NCBI GenBank assembly: GCA_965248265.1
Contig: CBDFJF010000002.1
Span: 2,688,001-2,752,000 of the forward strand
Length of the DNA stretch: 64,000 bases
Source: Candidatus Latescibacterota bacterium
GTDB lineage: Bacteria; Latescibacterota; UBA2968; UBA8231
Direction: 5' to 3'
Below, one piece after another: positions 1 to 9,389 of the stretch. The notes beneath the pieces are model-generated. The model was given only the letters and a program-made list of their open reading frames with translations, was not told where the DNA came from and did not search any database. Made by a program: the position numbers and the translations under genes. The stretch's first letter is position 1; every line of letters starts with the position of its first letter.

Positions 1-1
1 G

Positions 2-1353
2 CGCGCATACCTTGAATGCGGAATTCTCGCTCACGGGCTCCTGCGAGTACGGTGCGAGGACTGCGGCAAGGATCGCGTCGTCGCGTTCTCGTGCCAGCGA
101 CGTTCCTTCTGCCCGAGTTGTATGGGACGGCGGATGGCCGACACCGCCGCCCGGCTCACCGATGAAGTCCTGCCGCGGGTGCCGGTACGGCAATGGGTGC
201 TGAGCCTGCCGTACGAGATCCGCTATCGCCTGGCCTGGGACAAAGAGCTGGTCGGGGCGGTGCTGGCCGTCTTCCTGCGTGTCGTCTACGGCTGGTATCG
301 CCGTCAGGCTCGGGCGCAGGGATATGAAGACAGTCGCTGCGGCTCGGTCACTTTCGTGCAGCGATTCGGTTCTGCTCTAAACCTCAATCCTCATAACCAT
401 GTCCTCATGATCGACGGTGTCTACGTCGACGGCGAGGACGGTCCGGAATTCGTGCCGGCGCCACCGCTGAGCGACGACGACGTGCAACAGATCGTCGAGA
501 CCACAGCCCAACGGGTGGTGCGCCTGCTGCAACGGCGCGGCCTGCTGGAAGAGGGTAATACCGATGTGCTCATGGAGCAGGAGCCGCTGCTGGCCACGAT
601 CACGGCGGCTTCGATCCAGGGCCAGGTGGCCACCGGCGACCGCGCTGGCCAACCCGTGCGCCGACGCTTGCTCGATCCGCAAGAGGGCATCCGCACGGCC
701 CCGTTGTGCTTCGCCTCCCGCGGCTTCTCCCTGCATGCGGCCACCCGCGTGCCGGCCGCCGACCGCACCCGCCTGGAAAGACTGTGCCGCTACGTCAATA
801 GACCTCCGCTGGCAGCGGGACGCCTGCAGATCCTGGATACCGAAAGAGTGGCCTTCGACTTGAAAACGGTCTGGTCGGACGGCACCTATCGAATTGAGCT
901 CTCGCCGCAAGAATTGATAGAGAAACTGGCGGCCCTGGTACCGCCAAGGCGCCTCAACCTGGTGCGCTATCACGGCGTCCTGGCGCCCAACGCCGGCGGC
1001 CGGGCACGGATCGTACCGGGCCCGAAGGAAGAGGCCCCCGAAGCGGACCCCTGTACGCATACTTCGGCGCCCACCCCCGCCCAACGACGGCACCGCCTGG
1101 CCTGGGCTGACCTCCTCCGGAGAGTTTTTCGAATAGACGTTACCGTGTGCCCCGCTTGCGGCGGCCACATGAAGGGAGTTTGCCGCAGGCAAACTCTAAG
1201 AGACCGGTCATCAGACCGGTCTCCATCGTGGCTGCTCTCACCGATCCACGTTCTATCCAATGCTATCTGGAGGGCGTCGGTCTACCGTCGCGCGCGCCGC
1301 CCATTGCTCCACCACGGCCTCATCCCCAACACGAGTTCGACTTTGCCGCCTGA
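2..1353 (+). pseudogene. IS91/ISCR-family rolling-circle (HUH) transposase; 5' end outside the window, frameshifted by a 50-bp insertion
   Basis: Frame from nt 2 reads ...CEDCGKDRVVAFSCQRRSFCPSC (Zn-binding N-domain), LNLNPHNH (HUH), LCRYVNRP (ISCR-like YxxR), RYHG and CPACGG. Removing 1175-1224 restores MK-IVAALTDPRS...EFDFAA* (stop 1353), as in the copy at 7763-7940. Confidence 0.93.
1175..1224. mobile_element. 50-bp double-hairpin mini-element inserted in the transposase
   Basis: GGAGTTTGCC-GCA-GGCAAACTC-TAA-GAGACCGGTC-ATCA-GACCGGTCTC-C. Absent from the homologous site near 7914 (GAAG|ATC). No target duplication. Related copy at 55647. Confidence 0.85.
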
Positions 1354-1574
1354 GACCGACCGGCCGGACACCGCTGCGTTCCCATCTCTCGCTGACAGCT
1401 GCCGCGGCGCCCGCAGGCGCTGATCCGGGCACCTATCCACTGTCCCATCGTTCACCGCACCACGATCAACGCACAAGCACGACCCTCAACGCCCTCGAAA
1501 AGCCCAAAAACCGCTTGACTGACTACCGATCTCTTTAGGCGAAAGAAGTCAAGGCTTCTGTCTATTCGGAGGAT

Positions 1575-1724
1575 TTCTTCAACTGGCAATAATCTCATTT
1601 CGGTCTTCAATGGAGACCTTCATACTGTTCCGGCCATGTTGAAGAAGCTGGGCCAGAGTGACGGGTTGTAACGCGGGTGATCTCCCAAGGGAGTCACGAA
1701 TCGGGAGCGGTCATCTCTGGCCAG
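1575..1724 (-). ncRNA. predicted bridge/seek RNA of IS110 type 1 (target loop 1648-1724, donor loop 1575-1646)
   Basis: Two stem-internal loop-hairpin units. Guides ATCGGGAG/TGTAA match the oriIS target; ATACTGTT/ATCTC match the element's circle junction. Confidence 0.8.
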
Positions 1725-1743
1725 TTCCTCGTTGTTCGTCCTC

Positions 1744-3018
1744 TCAAGCTGCCTGCCGCTCGTAGGATGCAGCACAAGTGAAATGACGTTCGGTGTTGAA
1801 TGCTTGTCCGGAGCGGTACCACCCGTGGAGCTTTCGCAGAAAGTGTCTCATGACGGCAGTCATGGCTTTCTGTCCGGGCATGGCAAGGCGCTTACGGCGG
1901 TAGTAGTCGCCGTACAGACCCCTTCGTCGCACCAGGGGAAAGATGATCTGGCCAAGAATCTTACGCAGGAGAGGCCTTCCCTTCTTGGAAATCCTGTATT
2001 GCCCTCGATACTGGCCGGACTGGCGCATCTGGATATTGAGTCCGGCGTAGCGCAGGAGCATGCGCCAGCTGGTGAAGTCGCTGAGCGGTCCGGTTTCACC
2101 GATGAGGCGAGCCAGATTCTTGGCGCTGATGACGCCGGCAGTCGGAGCAGGTAGGCTCGGATCCTTGTGACGTAAACGCCGTAAGAGTGATGTCAGCCGC
2201 TTTTCCAGAGTAGCCTTGCGTTGCTCGTAGAGCAGGAACTCCTCCCACAACTGGCTGAGCTCAAGCTCGAGGAGATCGACGTAGGCGGGCGTGAGCTGAT
2301 GACGGGCGGAGGACGTGGCATCGTCCCAGAGCCGCTCTAGTGAACGCTGCCAGATACGCGGCGCCCGCCGCCGCATGGCCCGCTCGAAGCGGGTACGGCC
2401 CGCACGGACGATGCGATAAGGATTGCATCGATACTTATCGATCAAGGCGCGACCCGAGTTGCCGTACAGGAACTCCTTGGAGAAAGAAAAGTCGCAAAAC
2501 AGCTCCATCAGCACACGGTGCAGTCGGCCGCGCACCGCCATAAGGGCTCGATCGGCCCGCTCGTAGAGGAAGCCACATTTGCGCAGCAGCTCATACTCCT
2601 CAGGGAGATCCCGGTGCCGCAGGACCTTATTGAGCCGCGCCAGCGTATTGATGATGTGCGGGTCCTTGAGATCTGTCTTGCCGTCGTCATTGCTCTCGAC
2701 GACACGAAATTTGGCAACCGCCTCGCCGTTGACGTACGCCGTCAGGTGACCCAGTCGTCGCGCTGTGCGCAACAGCTTGTCCTGGTAGCCGCCTGAAGGC
2801 TCGCAGATGACTCGCAGTGATTTGAAGCCGTGCTCTCTCGCCAAGCGCCGACAGGCACGCAGCTTCTTCTCGATCTGTCGGGTCGTATTGGGCCACTCGT
2901 CATCCATGGCCTGATCGCCTAACTCAAAGTAGACATTGAGCTTGCTCTTGCTGACATCGACACAGATATCGAGGACCTGATCGAGTTGGACGGCCGGAGT
3001 CAACTTGGTAGATTTCAT
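1744..3018 (-). CDS. IS110-family recombinase/transposase (424 aa)
   Basis: DEDD motifs (VDVSK, CEPSG, KTDLKD), C-terminal RQSG serine motif, ISKKG..LRK. Confidence 0.95.
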   Translation of the reverse strand: MKSTKLTPAVQLDQVLDICVDVSKSKLNVYFELGDQAMDDEWPNTTRQIEKKLRACRRLAREHGFKSLRVICEPSGGYQDKLLRTARRLGHLTAYVNGEAVAKFRVVESNDDGKTDLKDPHIINTLARLNKVLRHRDLPEEYELLRKCGFLYERADRALMAVRGRLHRVLMELFCDFSFSKEFLYGNSGRALIDKYRCNPYRIVRAGRTRFERAMRRRAPRIWQRSLERLWDDATSSARHQLTPAYVDLLELELSQLWEEFLLYEQRKATLEKRLTSLLRRLRHKDPSLPAPTAGVISAKNLARLIGETGPLSDFTSWRMLLRYAGLNIQMRQSGQYRGQYRISKKGRPLLRKILGQIIFPLVRRRGLYGDYYRRKRLAMPGQKAMTAVMRHFLRKLHGWYRSGQAFNTERHFTCAASYERQAA

Positions 3019-3314
3019 GACGGGCTTCTCCTTTCAGATGCAGACGTGGGCACACGTCTTTGAGGGTCTTCGGACACCTCCGAATATCCGAAAGAGAAGC
3101 CCTCTTTGTTCGCCTAAGAGTATGTAATGCCGTTTATCCTCACTATGCGCTGCCCTCTGATCGAAGGGTACACGGGATGCTCATGGTCTCTACGAGAGAT
3201 TCGGGTTCGAGGTACTTGATGATTCCGCGGCTTGGATGCAGCTGAAGTTCGAGAGGCCATGGTTCCGACCCGAGATGGGCACAGAGTGAATCGAGGGCAC
3301 ACAGGTGGGCAGGA

Positions 3315-3338
3315 CGTATAGGACCGATGAAGTACCAA
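3315..3338 (-). repeat. 24-bp stub of an oriIS-like terminus
   Basis: CGTATAGGACCGATGAAGTACCA is a near-copy of the adjacent terminus at 3339. Confidence 0.75.
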
Positions 3339-3576
3339 CGTATAGGACCGATAAAGCACCATTATGATTAGTTTAGCTGGCGGCGGGATGGTGTCGAGAG
3401 GGAATGTGAACGGTGGATTGGGTGCCGGGTGCGATGGGCGAATGGATTGGGGGTGGATCAGGGCCTGCCAACGGGTCGATGAGGCCTGTCGGTCCGTTGA
3501 AAAACGCCGCCGGGGGGGAGGGGGGGTGGGGGGTGACAGGGTCGGATCATACCGTTTGGGTAAGCTGGGCAAAATA
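3339..3576 (-). mobile_element. 238-bp non-coding oriIS-like mini-element (copy B1)
   Basis: Identical to 4497-4734. Ends GCTTTATCGGTCCTATACG on the minus strand, like the other termini. Confidence 0.8.
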
Positions 3577-4496
3577 GAAGAAGTGGGTATCTTCGGGTAT
3601 CTCTTCGCCGAAATCGCACATGATCACCCCCGCGCCCCACTCTATAAGGAACGCGAGTTTAGACAGGAACCAGTCGATCGCCCCTGGATTGGTGAAGTCA
3701 ACAATACCTGCTTGCGGTTGTACGCCGAGAGCCGCGATGTCTATCTTCGAGAAATCAACATCCTCCACATCCTCGGGTTGATTGGGCAGCGGGCACTGCC
3801 ATAGATAGGTCTTTCCAACGCCGTCTTTCAAGAAGAACCCCTTCCGGTCACCCTCCTCGAACATCTCCGTTTTGACGGAGACCGTGGGTTGGATCCACAT
3901 CCGCGTCTTGAAGCCCCTCTCGCGTAGCGCGGTGAACATCTGCCGAGGGTTGGGAAACTTCCTCTCGTTGAAGACGAAGTCGCAGTAGTGTCCGTTCTCG
4001 AGCCAGAACGGATCGATGGACAGGACATCGGCCGGTATGTTCCGTTCCCTCAGAGCTGCTCCCGTCGCCTCAACCTGCTCCCTGGAGGTGTACCCGTACC
4101 GACTCATCCACAATCCGAAGGACCACTTGGGAGGTAAGACCTCCAGCGGCCGGTGAGATCCATGTAGTGGGAGATGATCTCCTTGAAGGACCCCCCGGCG
4201 ATGAAGTAGAAGTCGAGACGACTATCCTCTACCGCGATGGAGTAGGCGTCAAAAGACCGTGTGGCGAGGGAGTAGTTAATCCTGGATGTGGTGTTTATGA
4301 GAACGCCGTAGTTCTTTGAGTTCATGAAGAAGGGGATGTTCTTGTATGCCCGGTCGGAGCCGACGCCCCTGGCATCGCAGTTCCAGGCCTCCATATTCAG
4401 GCCGCGCTTGTTGATGGGGGAGAATTTCTCACCGAAACCGTAGAGCTTTTCCTCGTGCTCGAGGGCGAAAGAGTCTATCACCGACCGAATCCGGCA
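3577..4496 (-). pseudogene. internal fragment of a GH31 (YicI-like alpha-xylosidase/glucosidase) gene
   Basis: YGFGEKF, KNIPFF, YMDLTGR, WMSRYGY, DFTNP, DFGE motifs. Truncated at both ends by the 238-bp repeats; frameshift near 4130. Confidence 0.88.
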
Positions 4497-4734
4497 CGTA
4501 TAGGACCGATAAAGCACCATTATGATTAGTTTAGCTGGCGGCGGGATGGTGTCGAGAGGGAATGTGAACGGTGGATTGGGTGCCGGGTGCGATGGGCGAA
4601 TGGATTGGGGGTGGATCAGGGCCTGCCAACGGGTCGATGAGGCCTGTCGGTCCGTTGAAAAACGCCGCCGGGGGGGAGGGGGGGTGGGGGGTGACAGGGT
4701 CGGATCATACCGTTTGGGTAAGCTGGGCAAAATA
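4497..4734 (-). mobile_element. 238-bp non-coding oriIS-like mini-element (copy B2)
   Basis: Direct repeat of 3339-3576. Confidence 0.8.
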
Positions 4735-4762
4735 ATTTCGGATTTCGGATTTCGGATTTCGG
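4735..4762. repeat. heptamer tandem repeat (ATTTCGG)x4
   Basis: Read directly. Confidence 0.9.
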
Positions 4763-4787
4763 GGCAATTGTGGTTTAATGAGGGGCG

Positions 4788-7610
4788 ATGATGAACACCC
4801 AACGATGCAACTGCGTCCTGGCCCTGACGGTCCTCGGAGTTTTGGCGGCGCCGGCCGATGGACAGGTCATTGGGCCGCAGAAGAAGATCATTGCGTACAA
4901 GACCACTGTCCGCGGACTGTCGGCGAACATCGAGACGATGGAGGGCGAGCTTCCCGACATCGACGGGGTCATCATCTACCCGCCCGCCGGCCAGTCCTTC
5001 TTCACCGGCAGGCACCGGCTCGAGGACTACCAGACCGCGATCGAGCAGTTGCAGGACGTCCGCACCAGGGCCGGGAAGTACACGCACAACTTCATGCAAA
5101 GCTACCTCACTACCGGTGACAAAGGGGTCCTCCCCACCGACTGGTTCGATCCGCAGTTCGAGGACGTCGTCCACAACTGGAAGGTGGGTGCCGAGTTCTG
5201 TAAGCGCAGCGGCCTGGTGGGGATCCTGTTCGATGACGAGGTGTACTACGGTACGAACCTGTGGACCTACCGGGGCCTGAAACATGAGAACACCAGGTCG
5301 GCCAAGGAGTATGCCGACCAGGTCTTTCTGCGCGGCGCCCAGATCATGCGGGCCATCAACACCGTCTATCCCGATATCCGCATACTCATCCTCAACGGCC
5401 CGAGCAACATCCGGCTGTTCGAGGATGACGCCCGCTACGCTCTGACGCGGCACTTTGTCGACGGCCTCCTTTCGCAATGCACCGGCGGGTCCCAGATCAT
5501 CTGCGGATACGAGCGGGCCTATGGGTACCGCACGTCATCCCAGTTCGCCGCTGCCCGCCGGCTCATGAAGGAGAAACTGCTCCGCCTGAGCCGCGTGCCC
5601 GAGAAGTTCCAGCGCCATTTCCGCGCGGCATTCCCGTTTTACTTCATTCCGGCCCGCGAATACGGCCTCGACGACAACGAGAACCTGGAGAACATGTCGC
5701 CGGCACAGGCCGCGGAGTACTTCATTCCCGAGGAGTTCGAGTATGCCCTGCACCAGGCACTGCGGTACTCGGACGAGTACGTCTGGATCTACAAGGAGGG
5801 GAGCGGCCCGGACCTGTGGAACCGCAGAGCGGGGCGCCCCTACCTAGCGGCGGCCTACCGCGACGCCTTCGTCGCGGCCCGCAGGCCCCATCCCCACCCC
5901 CCAAAGAAACGCGGGCTCGCGGAATACCTCGCCCCGGCCGAGAAGGTGGAGCAGGAGCCCGCCGGGGCCCCGATCGGCGAAGGCAAGAAGGTCTACGTGG
6001 TGGTGGGCCCCAATCGCACCCCAGCGATGCTGCGCGAGCAGGTGGAATGGATGGAGGAAATGGCGGCCTTCGACGGCGTCCTCGTCTATCCGGGAATCCC
6101 ATCCGAGCATCGGGCGGGCGACGCCCTGGGGCGACTGTTCCGCATGGACCGGCGCAACCGAATCGAGGACTTCAGACAGGCCATCGAGGACCTGCGGGCC
6201 GCTCATGCCAAGGCCAAGAAATACCGGCACAACTTCCTGCTCACCTACCACGACCCCGTGGATACCGGTGACCGGACCATCAAGGTACCGGACTGGTTCG
6301 ACCCCGAATTCGAGACCGTGATCAACAACTGGCAGGTGGCGGCGGACTTCTGCAAGCGAGCCGGCCTCGTGGGCATCCACTTCACCGACATGGCATGGCA
6401 CAGCACCAACCTCTGGACCCACAAGGGTCTGAAGTACGCAAAGACCCGCAGCGCCCGGGAATATGCCGACCAGGTCTTTCTGCGCGGGGCCCAGATCATG
6501 CGTGCCATCAACACCGTGTATCCAGACATCCGCATTCTGGCGATGAACGGCCCCAGTAAGGCAGGCTTTAATCCTGACCCCGCGGCTCCCCACGCCCTGA
6601 TGCGGGCCTTCTTCGACGGGCTGCTCTCGCAGTGCACGGGCGCCGCCCGCATCATCGATGGCCACCAGATGGGGTGGGGGTATCGGTCGCCGGTGGCGTT
6701 CGCGTCGGCGCGCCGCGTGGTCAGGAGCAGATTGCGGGCGCTCAGCCGGGTCCCGGGAAAGTTCGACGAACATTTTCAGATCGCGTTCAGCGTGTCCGTG
6801 GGCCCCATGGGCGGGATGCCATTTTCCGACAATGTGGCCCGTAATTACTACACGCCGCAGGAGTTCGAGTACGTTCTGCACCAGGCCCTGAAGTACTGCG
6901 ATGAATATGTGTGGGTCTATACCACCGGATGTAACTGGTTCGACAAGGGGGCGAGCGGCGCTTTCATCGCCCGGGGCTATCGAGAGGCCCTGCTCGGGGC
7001 CCGCGGCCCGCACCCCCATCCGCCACCGCTGCGCAACCTCGACGCCCACGTCGCCTTGCGGCCGGGGCAGGGGGTGCCACCGCGCCGACTCGCCTTTGAG
7101 CCGGCACATGACGAGCAGGCCACGTTCGGCGATCTCTGGGCGCACTTTGTGTCCCTGGCCGACCTGTCGCCGCGGTGGCACTTCCGGATCGACCCCAATG
7201 ACCAGGGCGTGCAGGGGCGCTGGTTCGCCCCCGATCTGGACGAGAGCGATTGGTTTCTGATCAACAGTGATCTGCCGTGGGATAACTACGGGTACCGCGC
7301 CTATGACGGCTACGGCTGGTATCGCCAGACGTTCTCGGTCCCGCCGCTGCCCGACGGCAGGAAGGTGTTTCTTGCGTTTGGAGCCGTCGCTCACGGCGCC
7401 GAGGTGTACGTGAATGGCCGGTTGGCGGGGCACCACAACATGGACGGCTGGGCCCATTCACGTGGCGAACCCTGGAAGAAGCGATTCCTGATCGACGTGA
7501 CCGACACGCTTCGCGGCGGGCAGAGCAACCATCTCGCCGTCCGCGTCGTGGACTACGGCCCATGGGGCGGCGGCATCTGGAAGCCGGTCAAGCTGATTGC
7601 CGAGAAATGA
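4788..7610 (+). CDS. secreted protein: two tandem homologous domains plus a C-terminal GH2-type sugar-binding domain
   Basis: Signal peptide. Internal repeat EYADQVFLRGAQIMRAINTVYPDIRIL occurs twice. C-terminal YDGYGWYRQTF..LAFGAV..VYVNG..GGIWKPV. Confidence 0.82.
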   Translation: MMNTQRCNCVLALTVLGVLAAPADGQVIGPQKKIIAYKTTVRGLSANIETMEGELPDIDGVIIYPPAGQSFFTGRHRLEDYQTAIEQLQDVRTRAGKYTHNFMQSYLTTGDKGVLPTDWFDPQFEDVVHNWKVGAEFCKRSGLVGILFDDEVYYGTNLWTYRGLKHENTRSAKEYADQVFLRGAQIMRAINTVYPDIRILILNGPSNIRLFEDDARYALTRHFVDGLLSQCTGGSQIICGYERAYGYRTSSQFAAARRLMKEKLLRLSRVPEKFQRHFRAAFPFYFIPAREYGLDDNENLENMSPAQAAEYFIPEEFEYALHQALRYSDEYVWIYKEGSGPDLWNRRAGRPYLAAAYRDAFVAARRPHPHPPKKRGLAEYLAPAEKVEQEPAGAPIGEGKKVYVVVGPNRTPAMLREQVEWMEEMAAFDGVLVYPGIPSEHRAGDALGRLFRMDRRNRIEDFRQAIEDLRAAHAKAKKYRHNFLLTYHDPVDTGDRTIKVPDWFDPEFETVINNWQVAADFCKRAGLVGIHFTDMAWHSTNLWTHKGLKYAKTRSAREYADQVFLRGAQIMRAINTVYPDIRILAMNGPSKAGFNPDPAAPHALMRAFFDGLLSQCTGAARIIDGHQMGWGYRSPVAFASARRVVRSRLRALSRVPGKFDEHFQIAFSVSVGPMGGMPFSDNVARNYYTPQEFEYVLHQALKYCDEYVWVYTTGCNWFDKGASGAFIARGYREALLGARGPHPHPPPLRNLDAHVALRPGQGVPPRRLAFEPAHDEQATFGDLWAHFVSLADLSPRWHFRIDPNDQGVQGRWFAPDLDESDWFLINSDLPWDNYGYRAYDGYGWYRQTFSVPPLPDGRKVFLAFGAVAHGAEVYVNGRLAGHHNMDGWAHSRGEPWKKRFLIDVTDTLRGGQSNHLAVRVVDYGPWGGGIWKPVKLIAEK

Positions 7611-7659
7611 TCCGGTCCAAATCGACTCCGCTTGCCCATGCCACCCAACTCGTGTTGCC

Positions 7660-7695
7660 CTCCGCGGGCTCCGCGCTCTCCGCGCTCTCCGCGAT
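7660..7695. repeat. nonamer tandem repeat (CTCCGCGCT-like) x3-4
   Basis: Read directly. Confidence 0.7.
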
Positions 7696-7762
7696 AAGAT
7701 TGTCGCGAAACAGACAATCCTGCAAGTTTGTCACACAGAGTGGGAACCGGCTCAGGGGCAAA

Positions 7763-7940
7763 CGAAGGAAGAGGCCCCCGAAGCGGACCCCTGTACGCAT
7801 ACTTCGGCGGCCACCCCCGCCCAACGACGGCACCGCCTGGCCTGGGCTGACCTCCTCCGGAGAGTTTTTCGAATAGACGTTACCGTGTGCCCCGCTTGCG
7901 GCGGCCACATGAAGATCGTGGCTGCTCTCACCGATCCACG
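7763..7940 (+). pseudogene. IS91-like transposase C-terminal fragment (copy C), without terminus
   Basis: Near-identical to 1023-1250 minus the 50-bp insert. Confidence 0.9.
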
Positions 7941-8846
7941 GTATCGCCATAGGGAATGTAAGAACCCGGCTTGCCGATCGTGGACAGAAACATCAGGGAA
8001 AAGTCGCTGCACCCTATAAGTTCGGGCGGCGTGATCTCCTTGAGGGTTTTTCCCTCGTCGCGTGCCAGCAATGTCAGAGCGATCAGGGCTCGGTAGAGAG
8101 TTGCGGAGACGTAGCCGGGCCCTTCTCGGCCACCGTGATCTTCGGTAGCGTTGAAAACCAGATCTATAGATTCCAGCAGATCCTTTTTGGCCTGGTCGAT
8201 CCATGCCTGCGACCGAGGCCATAGCGACTTCATCGCCAGCAGCCCAGCGATCCGCCCCTGTGAAAAACCCGGTGCCTGATTACAGTGGAAAATGTACTCG
8301 TATTGCACAAAATCCTTGTTGATCAGGGACATACCTTTTTTGGAAACGGCTTCGAGGATGATCCTTCGGCCGGCCTCGGTCAGCAGGACCCCGGCCCAGT
8401 CCAATCCCAGGGCGCAGGAAAAGGCATAGCCGAAGCCTGTAAAGGAGCGATTATCGAAACAACTGCCCGGAAAATGCTCCTGGAAGCACTCGTCCCAGTA
8501 TTGGCTGTGGGCCATGGCCAATATGGCCCGGGCACTCATACGCAGCATCTCCACGTCGCCATCTACGATCCCGGCAAAGCCGCAAACCAAGGCGACATAT
8601 TCCGGGTCCGATTCCCCGCGTTGAATGTCATAGGCTCGGTGGTGCCGGTTGATGGTGGAGCTGGATTCCATCACGAACTGTTCCGGCTTCGCCGTGCTGA
8701 TCAGGTCTTGGGCCTTGACGCGCATCCCGTCCATCAATGGCTTGAACGCCCGGTGAGCCACTTTCTTCCGGAGGGCCTTCAGTTCACGCGTGTCAAACAG
8801 CAGGCCCAGCGTGGGATTCATTTCCACCGGCTCATCCGCCGGTTTG
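7941..8846 (-). pseudogene. truncated cargo gene, possibly heparinase II/III- or lyase-like alpha-helical domain
   Basis: 299-aa frame (GLDWAG, HCNQ, GREGPGY, PYGD) cut at both IS91 junctions. Family assignment tentative. Confidence 0.45.
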
Positions 8847-9389
8847 ATGGATAGTGTGGATGAACAGGATTATCGGGAGTCAGTCAAGCGGCTTTTGAGG
8901 CTTTTCGAGGGCGTTGAGGGCGGTGCTTGTGGGTTGATGGTCGTCCGGCGAACGATGGGCCGGCGAATAGGGTGCGCGGATCAGCCTCTGCGGGCGCAAC
9001 GGCAGCGGTCAGCGAGAGATGGGGACGCAGCGGTGTCTGGCCGGTCGGTCTCAGGCGGCAAAGTCGAACTCGTCTTGGGGATGAGGCCGTGCCGGCGCGA
9101 TGGGCGGCGCGCGCGACGGCAGGCCGACGCCCTCCAGGTAGCATTGGATAGAACGTGGATCGGTGAGAGCAGCCACTATGTTCATGGGGCCACCGCAGGC
9201 GGGGCACACGCTAACGTCCACGCGAAAAACCCGTGCTAACAAGGCGGCCCAGGCCAGGCGGTGCCGGCGTTGGGCGGGGCTGGACTCCTTCGTATGCGCA
9301 CAAGGGTCCGCTTCGCGGGCCTCTTCTTTGCGGCCCGGTACAATCTGTGCCCGATCGGCGGCATTGGGGGCCAAGACGCCATGATACCG
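8847..9389 (-). mobile_element. IS91-like 3' fragment with oriIS-like terminus (copy D)
   Basis: RYHGVLAP...CPACGG...EFDFAA*, then 3' UTR ending CTTGACTGACTCCCGATAATCCTGTTCATCCACACTAT. Confidence 0.9.

Larger units (their letters stand above)
1531..3123 (-). mobile_element. IS110-family element type 1 (IS1111-like layout)
   Basis: Bounded by an AT core (CCG-AT...AT-GTAAT; empty site near 37812). Inverted repeats CTCTTTAGGCGAA / TTCGCCTAAGAG. Long non-coding region downstream of the transposase. Confidence 0.92.
1354..3150 (+). mobile_element. IS91-like 3' UTR and oriIS-like terminus (copy A), split by an IS110 insertion at 1531-3123
   Basis: 1354-1530 plus 3124-3150 matches the minus-strand copy around 37793-37990, which is uninterrupted at this site. 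Terminus TTTATCCTCACTATGCGC. Confidence 0.85.

Noticed and set aside
1360-1530. ori termini as outward sigma70 promoters (TTGACT/TTGACC present)
   Set aside because: No convincing -10 element at 16-18 nt spacing in the copies checked.
4104-5477. 457-aa minus-strand ORF
   Set aside because: Chimeric read-through of antisense to the 940-aa gene, the ori repeat and the GH31 fragment.
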